DNA of 64,000 nucleotides, taken from positions 114,534 to 178,533 of the forward strand of contig CAVYHE010000009.1 in the NCBI GenBank assembly GCA_963768305.1, written 5' to 3'. Position 1 is the stretch's first letter; every line of letters begins with the position of its first letter. The position numbers and the translations under genes were made by a program. This document shows positions 55,057-64,000 of the stretch, in pieces. The DNA is from an uncultured bacterium. Its GTDB lineage: Bacteria; Margulisbacteria; WOR-1; CAVSGV01. Under the pieces are notes generated by a model, which worked only from the letters and a program-made list of their open reading frames with translations, was not told where the DNA came from and did not search any database.

Positions 55057-55785
55057 GTGAAACTGCGCCTTGATGAACTCCTCGCTCAAAAAAAACACTT
55101 TGAATCAAGAACAAGAGCCCAGGCTGCCATCTTAGAAGGCCTCATCCTTGTTGATGGGCAAAAGATAGAAAAACCGGGCATCAAAGTTGATGAGCATTCG
55201 GAAATAAGGATACTCGGGGATGCGATCCCATACGCCAGCAGAGGCGGATTAAAACTGGAAAAAGCGCTTGCTGAATTCAAGGTAGACCCAAAAGGGCTTA
55301 TTGCCGCGGATATCGGCGCGGGAACGGGTGGTTTCACCGATTGCCTCCTTCAGAGAGGCGCGAAAAAAGTGTACTCGATCGACGTGGGATACGGCCAGAT
55401 AGCCTGGAAGCTGAGGCAGGACGAAAGGGTCGTCGTGATCGAGCGGAAGAACGCCCGCGAACTGGCGGCCGGCGATATCGAAAAAGTTGACCTGATCGTC
55501 ATGGATGTCTCTTTCATATCGATCCTGAAGATCCTTCCCGCGATCCTGAACATTTTAAAAAAAGGCGGAGAAGTGGTAACATTGATAAAGCCGCAATTCG
55601 AGGCCGGCAAAGGCGAAGTTCCAAAAGGCGGCATAATAAGGGACAAAAAGGTGCATAAAAGGGTCCTGATGGAAGTCAAAGCCGGAGCGGAAACTTTGGG
55701 TTATAAATTTTTAGGACAGACGGTATCGCCAATCACGGGACGCGATGGGAATATTGAATTTTTTATGCATCTAAGGCTTACATAA
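55057..55785 (+). CDS. tlyA: TlyA-family rRNA methyltransferase (S4 + FtsJ)
   Basis: RLD..L, SRGGLKL, DIGAGTGGFTD.LLQ, DVSFIS, KPQFE, GNIEF. Confidence 0.95.
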   Translation: MKLRLDELLAQKKHFESRTRAQAAILEGLILVDGQKIEKPGIKVDEHSEIRILGDAIPYASRGGLKLEKALAEFKVDPKGLIAADIGAGTGGFTDCLLQRGAKKVYSIDVGYGQIAWKLRQDERVVVIERKNARELAAGDIEKVDLIVMDVSFISILKILPAILNILKKGGEVVTLIKPQFEAGKGEVPKGGIIRDKKVHKRVLMEVKAGAETLGYKFLGQTVSPITGRDGNIEFFMHLRLT

Positions 55786-56333
55786 TGACATCCGCTTACA
55801 TTATATTGATGATAGTGTTTTCCGCAGTCGGCGGAGCGGTCATCAGTTTTTTCATTTTCCTTTTTGCCAGCCGCGCATTGCTGAGCCTGAAAATGTCAAA
55901 GCGCGTTGAGACGGCCAGGTACTCAGAAGAAGAAGCAGAAGCTCTGCTCAAGAAAAAAGGGTTCAAGATAATTGACAGGCAAAAGCGCACGGACATTATC
56001 ACTTACATCGACGGAAAACCGAATCTGGGATATGTTCAAGCGGATTTCATCGTGGAGAAGAGCGGGAAAAGGTATGTGGCAGAAGTGAAAGCGGGAGAAA
56101 TGGTTTCCGATCCCACTGAACCCTCCACTAGAAGACAGCTCCTGGAATACAAATTCGCGTACGAGCCGTACGGCATACTTTTGGTGAACATGCTTGATCG
56201 CTCGCTCCATCAGATAGATTTTGATCTCCCCTCCCCCGACACCGAAAAAACAATAAGGTTGATACTCGCTGCTTTAATTGTTATCATTGTACTAGGAATT
56301 ATCTGGATTTTTGCTTCGATCAAGGTCCTTTGA
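55785..56333 (+). CDS. Membrane protein with a PD-(D/E)xK nuclease-like fold between two TM helices
   Basis: EEEA..LL.KKGF.I, ADFIV....YVAEVK motif. Confidence 0.6.
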   Translation: MTSAYIILMIVFSAVGGAVISFFIFLFASRALLSLKMSKRVETARYSEEEAEALLKKKGFKIIDRQKRTDIITYIDGKPNLGYVQADFIVEKSGKRYVAEVKAGEMVSDPTEPSTRRQLLEYKFAYEPYGILLVNMLDRSLHQIDFDLPSPDTEKTIRLILAALIVIIVLGIIWIFASIKVL

Positions 56334-56363
56334 TTCCCTATTTCATATTTATAAGGTAAAATT

Positions 56364-58167
56364 TTGAATTTTCAGTTATCTTATTACGCCAAACAGAGGA
56401 TCATAAAGCGCATCATCGATGTCTTTATGGTCGCGTTCCTTATCGTGACCCTTTTCCCGATCTTTTGGATGGTATTTTCATCTTTCAAGGACAACACGGA
56501 CATCCTCACCGGAAAAATATTCCTTTCAAAGGCCGGCAATGATGTGATAGCAATGGAGAAGGATGGTAACAATTTCTATTTCGGCAGTGCGGACGGAAAA
56601 GTCACGCTGCTGGACAGGAACGGCGCCATAATAAAAAGCAGATCGATCAAATCCTCCGCTACATCTTTTGCTTTTGACGGCAAATATATCTGGATAGCTA
56701 CATCGAATAAAGGACTCTCCAAAGTAAGGAAAGCAGACCTTAAGAGGTCGGCATCGTACAAGTACCCGCTTTCCGGAGTTGACGCGAACACTATCGCCTC
56801 CAGCGTGATATATAAAGAAGGCGATAAAATATGGCTAAGCCTTGAATCAAAAGGATTTGAAGGCGTCCTTGAATTCGACGTCAACTTGAATAAGTTCATG
56901 AGACTGATCGACATTAAAAGCGACCTTACCCCGTTCCAGGTGCTGACTATTTCAAAAACCGACAATAAGCTTCTTGTTGGCGGAGACAAGGGGCTCATAT
57001 CCGTAGATCTTGTCACCGGCAAGATACTTCGCACATACCCTCTTCAAGCGGAATCCGTCACGGCGAGGGTCTGGAGGATAGTCCCGCATGACGGAAGAAT
57101 ACCTTCTCGGCACATCTGTGGGCGCACTGGACTTTGACCTGTACTCGGGAAGGATACTGCGAAGATATTCATCCAATAACGGCATAATTTCCGATCAGGT
57201 GGGCCAGATAAAAATATATGGCGATCAGCTGATGTTCGGAACAAATCAGGGGCTTTCGATCTTGAACAGAAGGACCGGCGAAATAAAGAATTTCGATAAG
57301 CTGTTCTATTCCGGCGACCGGAACAGAAAAGAATTCGTTCCTGGCGATGTGCTTTCGATATTGAAAGACGGCGATATATTGATATTGGGCTCAACGAGCG
57401 GGAGAGTGTCGTATTTTGACCCCGCAAAAGATACCGTAACAAAATGGTTGAAACTCAGCCCCGGACATTCGATAGTTCGATGGAGAAATTATATCGATAT
57501 GTGGCATAACATCGACTTTGGGTTGTATCTCAGGAATTCACTGATCATCTGCGGCATATCGATGTTGATTGCCATGACTTTCGCCACAATGGCAGCTTAC
57601 TCATTTTCCCGTTTCAAGTTCCCCGGTGCGGATCTTTTCGGCAACCTTATCCTTGCCACTCAGATGATCCCGGCAATAATGTACCTTATCCCCATATATA
57701 TTATGTTCGTCAAATTCAACGACCTGACCGGTATCCCTTTGAAAGGGACCTATTTCGGAATAATATTGATCTATTCGGCATTCTTCATCCCGTTCAGCAT
57801 TTGGATATTGAGGGGATTTTTTGCGGCCATACCGAAAGAGCTGGAAGAAGCGGCCAGGATCGACGGGTGCACTCAAATGCAGGTGTTCTGGCACATTGTC
57901 CTTCCGCTCGCTGTCCCGGGAATAATAGCGACCGGGGTTTACGTATTTCTGACCGCATGGGACGAGCTGATGTTCGCATGGGTCCTTTGCAACGCTGACA
58001 CGATGACGATCCCCGTCGGTATAAGGCTCTTCGTGGGGAATTATCAGAACAGGTTCGACCTCATGATGGCGGCGGCAACGGTCGCCACCATTCCCGTCAT
58101 GGTCCTGTTCTTCATGCTTCAGAAATACATAATTAAAGGCTTAACGGCCGGAGCGGTAAAAGGCTAA
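56364..58167 (+). CDS. Carbohydrate ABC transporter permease (MalG-type) with a large inserted beta-propeller (frameshift near 57085)
   Basis: LFPIFWMVFSSFK TM1; repeated FDGKYIWIAT/LLVGG/LMFGTNQGL blades; then NY..., IPKELEEAARIDG EAA motif, ending GLTAGAVKG. Confidence 0.85.
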
Positions 58168-58190
58168 CAGCTAAACTAGAAAGGGGTAAA

Positions 58191-59813
58191 ATGATGAAGC
58201 GTCTTGTTTGTTCATTATTCGTTCTAATGTTCCTGGCTGGAGGAACCTCGCTAGGATTGTCGCAGCCTATAGATGCAGTATCGGCAGAAGCTTCTTTGAT
58301 TGGCGTTAAGGGATGCTATCTGGGTGTTTTCAGGGAAGGAGCTCCCCAGAACATGGCGTTCATAAAAAGTTTTGAGAAGACCTTCAATAAAAAGCCTGCA
58401 ATGATAATGTGGTATACGGATTACTCTTCGGACTTCCCGCTGGAAGGATGCAACAACATTTATGCATATGGAGCGGTCCCACATATCGTATGGGAACCGT
58501 GGATCTGGGGAGACGAGGAAAAAATCAAGCTGGACAATATCATCAGCGGCGAATGGGACGGATACATCGAAAAATGGGCGAAAGCCGCAGCGGCATTCAA
58601 TAAAACGATCTTCGTCAGGTGGGGCCATGAATTCAATATCGAGAAATATCCGTGGGGAATAGTGAATAATGGCAAGGACCCGGATAAATTTGTTAAAGCA
58701 TACCGACATGTACATGATATTTTTACAAAAGCCGGCGCCACGAACGTAAAATGGATCTGGTGCTTCAATAATTATTCCAGCCCTAACACGAATTGGAACG
58801 ATTGGGAGGGGACTTATCCCGGCGACGCGTATGTGGACTGGATTGGGATTGACGGATACAATTGGGGAACAACGCAATCTTGGAGCGGATGGCAGTCATT
58901 CACAGACATGTTCCGCAACCAGGTAAGGGAAACTTCCAAGAAACATCCGGCAAAGCCCGTGATGATAGCCGAATTCGGTTCTGCGGAAGAAGGCGGGAAC
59001 AAGGCGCAATGGATAAAAGACATTCCTGCAGCGCTTAAAATAAGCATGAACCAGGTGAAGGCTATGGTCCTGTTCGATCTGAAAAAAGAATGCGACTGGA
59101 GAGCCACATCATGCCAAAGGACCGAAGATGCATACAGGGCAATATTTAAAGATCCGTATTTCCTAAGTTCTTCTGAAGACCTGATTGAAACGACAGCGGT
59201 TCAGGAGCCGGCGGAGAAGCCTTTAGCTATCGCGAAAAAAGCAGTATCACCTGTCAATATCGACGGCAATTTCGCGCCTTTCGCAGATGTAACGCCTATC
59301 GTAATGGACAGCGATGCATCTCTTAAGGAGGGCACTGGATGGAAAGGGCCTCAAGACTTGAGCGCGAAAATATATATGATGTGGGACAGCGAATTCCTAT
59401 ATATGTATGCAAAGGTAACCGATAATATGCCTATGGTGAACAGCAGAACAAAAGGCGATATTTGGAACGGCGACGCTATAGAAATGACAGTGCCGAACTA
59501 TCAGATAGGGTTCGGGACCGGCGATGGAATGGCGAATAAGCCTTCCATCTGGATATGGCAAAAGAACAGGAATTCATCCGGACAGATAATGGCTGCAAAA
59601 TCATTCGACCCGACCGGATATGTTCTGGAAGCAAAATTGCCGTGGGGCGAGATCGTTACCATTGCGCCAAAAACCGGCGACACCATGGCTTTTGACATAG
59701 CGGTGGATGACGCCGACCAGACATGGGAGAGAAAGCTGCAATTCGTCTGGAGCGGCGATTATCTTTGGTACAAGGATCCTGACGTCTGGGGGCGCATCAA
59801 ATTTGAAGAATGA
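58191..59813 (+). CDS. Secreted GH26 glycoside hydrolase with C-terminal CBM9-like domain
   Basis: Signal peptide; WEPW, RWGHEFN, YPGDAYVDWIGIDGYNWG, MIAE; IDG...MWD..FLY...VTD...GDAIE...EAKLPW. Confidence 0.88.
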   Translation: MMKRLVCSLFVLMFLAGGTSLGLSQPIDAVSAEASLIGVKGCYLGVFREGAPQNMAFIKSFEKTFNKKPAMIMWYTDYSSDFPLEGCNNIYAYGAVPHIVWEPWIWGDEEKIKLDNIISGEWDGYIEKWAKAAAAFNKTIFVRWGHEFNIEKYPWGIVNNGKDPDKFVKAYRHVHDIFTKAGATNVKWIWCFNNYSSPNTNWNDWEGTYPGDAYVDWIGIDGYNWGTTQSWSGWQSFTDMFRNQVRETSKKHPAKPVMIAEFGSAEEGGNKAQWIKDIPAALKISMNQVKAMVLFDLKKECDWRATSCQRTEDAYRAIFKDPYFLSSSEDLIETTAVQEPAEKPLAIAKKAVSPVNIDGNFAPFADVTPIVMDSDASLKEGTGWKGPQDLSAKIYMMWDSEFLYMYAKVTDNMPMVNSRTKGDIWNGDAIEMTVPNYQIGFGTGDGMANKPSIWIWQKNRNSSGQIMAAKSFDPTGYVLEAKLPWGEIVTIAPKTGDTMAFDIAVDDADQTWERKLQFVWSGDYLWYKDPDVWGRIKFEE

Positions 59814-59871
59814 CCTTGAAATAAAGTAAAACTCATACTTTTCAATATGGAAAATAAGGGGCAAATTTGAT

Positions 59872-61812
59872 ATGTTAAGGCCTCTAACTCTTATTTTGAT
59901 CGTTTTGGTCATGCTTACATCCTTCGCGTTGGCCTCAAAGACAAAAAGTGAACTTAAATTGGCTCCCATCTTCAGCGAACATATGGTGCTCCAGCGCGAT
60001 ATTCCTCTGGAAATATTCGGACAGGCAAAACCCGGCAAAAATATAACCCTGGAGATCGCGGATCAGACGGCTTCAGCAGAATCTGATAACAACGGAGAAT
60101 GGACGATAAATTTGCCTCCGTTAAAGACCGGCGGACCTTATGTAATGACGGTCGGGTGCGAAGAAAAAAGAATAACATTGAAAGATGTTCTTGTGGGCGA
60201 TGTTTGGTTCTGTTCCGGGCAATCGAACATGGAATTGCCTCTCGCACAGACGATAGACGGCACGGAAGAACTTAAAAATTTCACCGACCAGCCGAATATC
60301 AGGCTGTTCTTTCAGGAAGAGACTTTCGCGCCGGACCCGCTAAAAGATGTTAATGGCAAATGGGCCGTTTGCAACGCTGAGAACGCAAAGAGCTTTTCTG
60401 CCGTCGCATATTTTTTTGGGAAACACCTGCAAAAAAAGCAGAATATCCCCTTAGGATTGATCGACTCATCCTGGGGCGGCACGCCTATAGAGATCTGGAT
60501 GAGGGAAAGCCTCCTGAAAAAAGATCCGCGGCTTAAGCCGATCATTACAAGATGGGAAAACGACCCTCTCTCAGACTGGAAAATGTGGAATGACAGAAAA
60601 GGCTTGAGCTACAACATGGAAATTTCAAAAATATGCTTTATCCCTTCTTCGGGAAAGGTCCAACCGGCATACGTCAAGATCCATCCCTTATCCAAAGGCT
60701 CATTCGGCGGATCTTGGAGTTCATGGGCAAAGCCTGGTTCCACCGCAAATTTTCAGAGCAACGGCAGTTTATCCGGAATTATCGGATTTAATGCCTGGGC
60801 GGGGACCGGAACATTGCTTCGCAACGGGACAGAAGTTGACCTGTCGGATTTTGACGCTATTGAATTAAAAGTGCGCGGCACCGGAAGATTTTCTGTCTCA
60901 TTAACGCAGAACAGCATTGCTGATTATGATTATTACACGTCCGACGATTTTGATGCTAACGGCAAATGGCAGACTTTAAGGATACCCATATCCTCATTGA
61001 AGCAGGGGGGCTGGGGAGCGACAAAACCTTTCACACAGAATGCTGTTGTACAATTACAGTTCAACATAAAAGTCCCGACATTTGCACTTCCCTCAGCGCT
61101 TTATAACGGCATGGTCTCGCCGTTCACGCGTTACAAAATCAAAGGCGTTGCCTGGTATCAGGGCGAAAGTAACATCGCCCGGGCGTCACAGTATAAGATA
61201 CTGCTCCCTCTTATGATAAATGACTGGCGAAATTCATGGGGTGAGAAACACCTGCCGTTCCTGGTGGTGCAACTCGCTAATTTTATGGAACGAAAACCCG
61301 AACCAGGAGACAGCGCCTGGGCTGAATTGCGCGAAGCCCAATTAAAAGCTTTGGACCTGCCCAACACCGCAGTAGTTCCTATCATAGATCTTGGTGATGC
61401 CAATGATGTCCACCCGCGTATAAAGGAACCCGTGGGCAGCCGCCTGGCAAAAGCGGCTTATGTCATCGCTTATGGAGAGAAAGGCCCGGCAAGCGGGCCG
61501 ATATACGCATCTATGGCATTGGAAGGCGGAAATGCGATATTAAAATTCACAAATTCAGGCAGCGGCCTTATTGCAAAGGGCGGAAAGCTTAAAGGTTTCG
61601 CTATCGCAGGCGGGGATCGAAAATTTAAGTGGGCCGACGCTAAGATAATTGATGATACTGTGGTCGTATGGAACGACGATATTAAGGCGCCGAAAGCCGT
61701 GCGTTATGCCTGGGCTGATAATCCCGAATGCAGCCTTTACAATAAAGAAGGCCTGGCAGCCTCGCCGTTCAGGACAGATGATTGGCACGGATTAACAGAC
61801 AATAACCGCTGA
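59872..61812 (+). CDS. Sialate O-acetylesterase family (SASA) protein with inserted CIA30/CBM11-like domain
   Basis: FSEHMVLQR, GDVWFCSGQSNM, WGGT, WYQGESN, DVHP, VRYAW, PFRTD. Confidence 0.9.
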   Translation: MLRPLTLILIVLVMLTSFALASKTKSELKLAPIFSEHMVLQRDIPLEIFGQAKPGKNITLEIADQTASAESDNNGEWTINLPPLKTGGPYVMTVGCEEKRITLKDVLVGDVWFCSGQSNMELPLAQTIDGTEELKNFTDQPNIRLFFQEETFAPDPLKDVNGKWAVCNAENAKSFSAVAYFFGKHLQKKQNIPLGLIDSSWGGTPIEIWMRESLLKKDPRLKPIITRWENDPLSDWKMWNDRKGLSYNMEISKICFIPSSGKVQPAYVKIHPLSKGSFGGSWSSWAKPGSTANFQSNGSLSGIIGFNAWAGTGTLLRNGTEVDLSDFDAIELKVRGTGRFSVSLTQNSIADYDYYTSDDFDANGKWQTLRIPISSLKQGGWGATKPFTQNAVVQLQFNIKVPTFALPSALYNGMVSPFTRYKIKGVAWYQGESNIARASQYKILLPLMINDWRNSWGEKHLPFLVVQLANFMERKPEPGDSAWAELREAQLKALDLPNTAVVPIIDLGDANDVHPRIKEPVGSRLAKAAYVIAYGEKGPASGPIYASMALEGGNAILKFTNSGSGLIAKGGKLKGFAIAGGDRKFKWADAKIIDDTVVVWNDDIKAPKAVRYAWADNPECSLYNKEGLAASPFRTDDWHGLTDNNR

Positions 61813-61829
61813 TGTTTCGCTTGTCAGAG

Positions 61830-61858
61830 TTGACAAATTTGGGATTTTATGGTAATAT
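61830..61858 (+). promoter_or_regulatory. Sigma70-type promoter TTGACA-N17-TAATAT
   Basis: Direct match upstream of RBS AAGGAG and ATG at 61904. Confidence 0.6.
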
Positions 61859-61903
61859 TTCCCTTTCTGTAAGTTATTATCCTTGAAGCTTTAAGGAGAC
61901 CAT

Positions 61904-62656
61904 ATGAAAAACTTGGCAGGATCGTTATTCTTCGGGCTCAGCGTCGTATTGCTTGGTTTAATGGTATGTGGTTTTGGAGGTTCTGCCCCTTCTGCGACAT
62001 CTTCTTCCAGCGGTTCCCAATACAGTACCGGCCTCCCTCAGCCGAACAGCGGCAACTCGAAGTGGTATATTTTCGATGATTTTGAGGATGGAGATTATAC
62101 AGCGAACCCGGAATGGTGGAAATTTGACAATATTGTCGCAAAAGTCGTTGATAACAAGGATTATCAGGACGGCGACCCGGCTTCCTTGAATGATATCAAA
62201 AAATTCTCGCTGAACATCCAGGGCAACTGCAAAGACTGGTATTGCGGAGGCATGGGTGTTTATACGGCAAGAAAAGACACGGATCTTTCAAAATACAATT
62301 ATTTTCAAATGGACGTTTACGGCAACGGCCCCGGCTCCGGCACGATCAAGGTTGAGCTTTATGATGATGACAACGGGAACTGGCAGATAGAAGAGGACCC
62401 GAAAAATAACTATAAACCCTTATATGACGATGAATTCGTCTATAATATTATCGTTGACTGGAGAGGCTGGAAGAGGGTTTCCATCCCGATAGCTGATTTC
62501 ACTGATGATAATCCCGGCATAGGCGATGATATTTGGAATCCCGAACAAACCGGCGGTTCCGGCGGGCTTATTCAGATGCAGCTGATATTTATCGGCCCGA
62601 AAAAATCCGGGAATATTAATTTCAATATAGATAACGTTTCGCTGGCAGTTAAGTAA
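61904..62656 (+). CDS. Exported CBM11-like carbohydrate-binding protein
   Basis: Hydrophobic N-terminus; FDDFEDGD, DLSKY..FQMDVYG, VDWRGWKRVSIP..DF, IDNV. Confidence 0.7.
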   Translation: MKNLAGSLFFGLSVVLLGLMVCGFGGSAPSATSSSSGSQYSTGLPQPNSGNSKWYIFDDFEDGDYTANPEWWKFDNIVAKVVDNKDYQDGDPASLNDIKKFSLNIQGNCKDWYCGGMGVYTARKDTDLSKYNYFQMDVYGNGPGSGTIKVELYDDDNGNWQIEEDPKNNYKPLYDDEFVYNIIVDWRGWKRVSIPIADFTDDNPGIGDDIWNPEQTGGSGGLIQMQLIFIGPKKSGNINFNIDNVSLAVK

Positions 62657-62661
62657 GAACA

Positions 62662-63713
62662 GTGATATTGACCGTGAAACAATCTAATATAAGCTGTATT
62701 AAAATATCACTTATATTACTGGCGCTTATGGTAATGATGGCTTTACCATCGTTTTCAACCTATGACTTTCCTGACAATAGATTTTCCATTGACCCTCCTA
62801 CTAACGTCTGGTCAGGCGACTTAAATTCCAATGGAACAATCCGTCGCATTACTGCAGCACTAAGTGATTTTAAAGAAGATGTCGAATCTGATTCTGGAGG
62901 TGACTTTTCAAACCAAATTCGATGCCGTGGATTAAATTGGTTGCCATATCATATTAGCATATCTCTTGACGGACCCTTGATGTCAGGGACAAACAATATT
63001 CCGGCTTCCAATCTCAAATACATGCTCACATGGACAAATGGCTTAGGAACGAAGCATAACTATCAACATTATGTAAATTTTTCCATTTCTCCCGCTCTGG
63101 TCTATGATAGCGCCGGCAGCTCTGAATCGGCAAACCCTGAAAGTGATAGCATGGAAAGAGAATTGCAGTTCAAATATGCAATACAGGTCCCGGATAATCA
63201 GCCGATAGGAACTTATACAGCAAATATAATATATACTGGATCAGAAGATGGCGGCGTCACACGCACAAGAACAGCACCTATTTCTATAACTGTCGTCAAT
63301 GGCAATCTCTTCACTCTTTCAGTGGACAGGGGTACGGCGGATTTTGAGACCATGAAACCCGGAGAAACAAAAGATAACGTCCCGGAAGAAGGGATAATCA
63401 TTACCAGCATGACAAACACGGGAAATCCCTGGTTCCTGAAAATATCGAATACCTCCCCTCTCAGCGCCGGTCCGTATATCATCCCGAATTCGGATCTGAC
63501 TGGTACGGCTGGACTGACGGAAAAGGAACGTGGTACGGCAACGGCACAAATGCCTTCACGTTTGTGCCATCGCTCATGTATGCGAGCGGCGCGACAGAAA
63601 CCAATAACCTTCCTGATGGCACAAATAATCATTTAAAGCTAAAATTGACCATCCCGCCGGGACAGCCAGGCGGCAAATACCTGTCGACGATCCAACTGAC
63701 TATGACGGAGTAA
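62662..63713 (+). CDS. Exported two-domain WxL/pilin-like beta-sandwich protein (frameshift near 63500)
   Basis: Two repeats ending IQVPDNQPIGTYTANIIYT and LTIPPGQPGGKYLSTIQLTMTE*; the alternative frame reaches TAA at 63711-63713. Confidence 0.55.
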
Positions 63714-63717
63714 GCAA

Positions 63718-63957
63718 ATGACAAATTTAAAAGGCAAAGCGCAAAGGGCAAAAGTACAGGTCAAAGAGCAAAAATTAAAAAGGGCAGTGAAGATCAAATC
63801 CTTTTTACTTTTGCCTTGTATTTTTGCCTTTTTACTTTTAACTTTTGACTTTTCTTATGCTCTCCAGACGACCAATACCATCACCGCGACTGTCACCGTG
63901 AACGGCGCTTTTAACCTTTCCGTGAATTCCGATTCTTTTGATTTTGCCCGCCTGGCG
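63718..63957 (+). CDS. Start of another exported protein similar to the preceding one (truncated)
   Basis: K-rich n-region, hydrophobic h-region, SYA cleavage site, then TITATVTVNGAFNLSVNSDSFDF (cf. ITVVNGNLFTLSVDRGTADF upstream). Confidence 0.6.
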
Positions 63958-64000
63958 AGCAATACGTTTTTATCATGTACTGACTCGTCGTATTGTTGCT
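63958..64000. other. Probable Oxford Nanopore ligation-adapter remnant (technical sequence)
   Basis: AGCAATACGT...ATGTACT...CGTATTG..GCT resembles the adapter AATGTACTTCGTTCAGTTACGTATTGCT and its reverse complement. Confidence 0.7.

Overview
Bacterial chromosomal segment, probably from a Saganbacteria/Margulisbacteria-like diderm lineage. This is inferred from the SLH-anchored PorV-type barrel and the cyanobacterial-type ThiE, and should be checked with the 16S. The sequence is error-prone: about 20 apparent single-base frameshifts, and what looks like an Oxford Nanopore adapter remnant at the extreme 3' end. Housekeeping flanks are thiL/thiC on the left, and on the right leuC-leuD-leuB, thiE, an M23 peptidase, a stand-alone 16S rRNA gene, galT, tlyA and a sugar ABC permease/GH26/acetylesterase cluster. 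Between them lies a ~46 kb block (1.5-47.1 kb) entirely on the minus strand. Every transcription unit in that block is preceded by the same 28-bp element, TGAAA-N15-G(A/T)CGATA(T/A), found 10 times and matching a sigma-28 (FliA/SigD/WhiG)-class promoter. The block encodes three tandem eukaryotic-type UDPGP-family pyrophosphorylases, an NDP-sugar synthase and a WecB fusion. It also encodes a highly diverged synthase-dependent polysaccharide module (split GT2, GH26, TPR/beta-barrel/LysM), large Ig/FN3/IPT repeat surface proteins, and two cargo + PorV-like gene pairs reminiscent of T9SS. The best candidate novel system is this alternative-sigma-controlled envelope/polysaccharide island, many of whose exported-type proteins lack Sec signal peptides.
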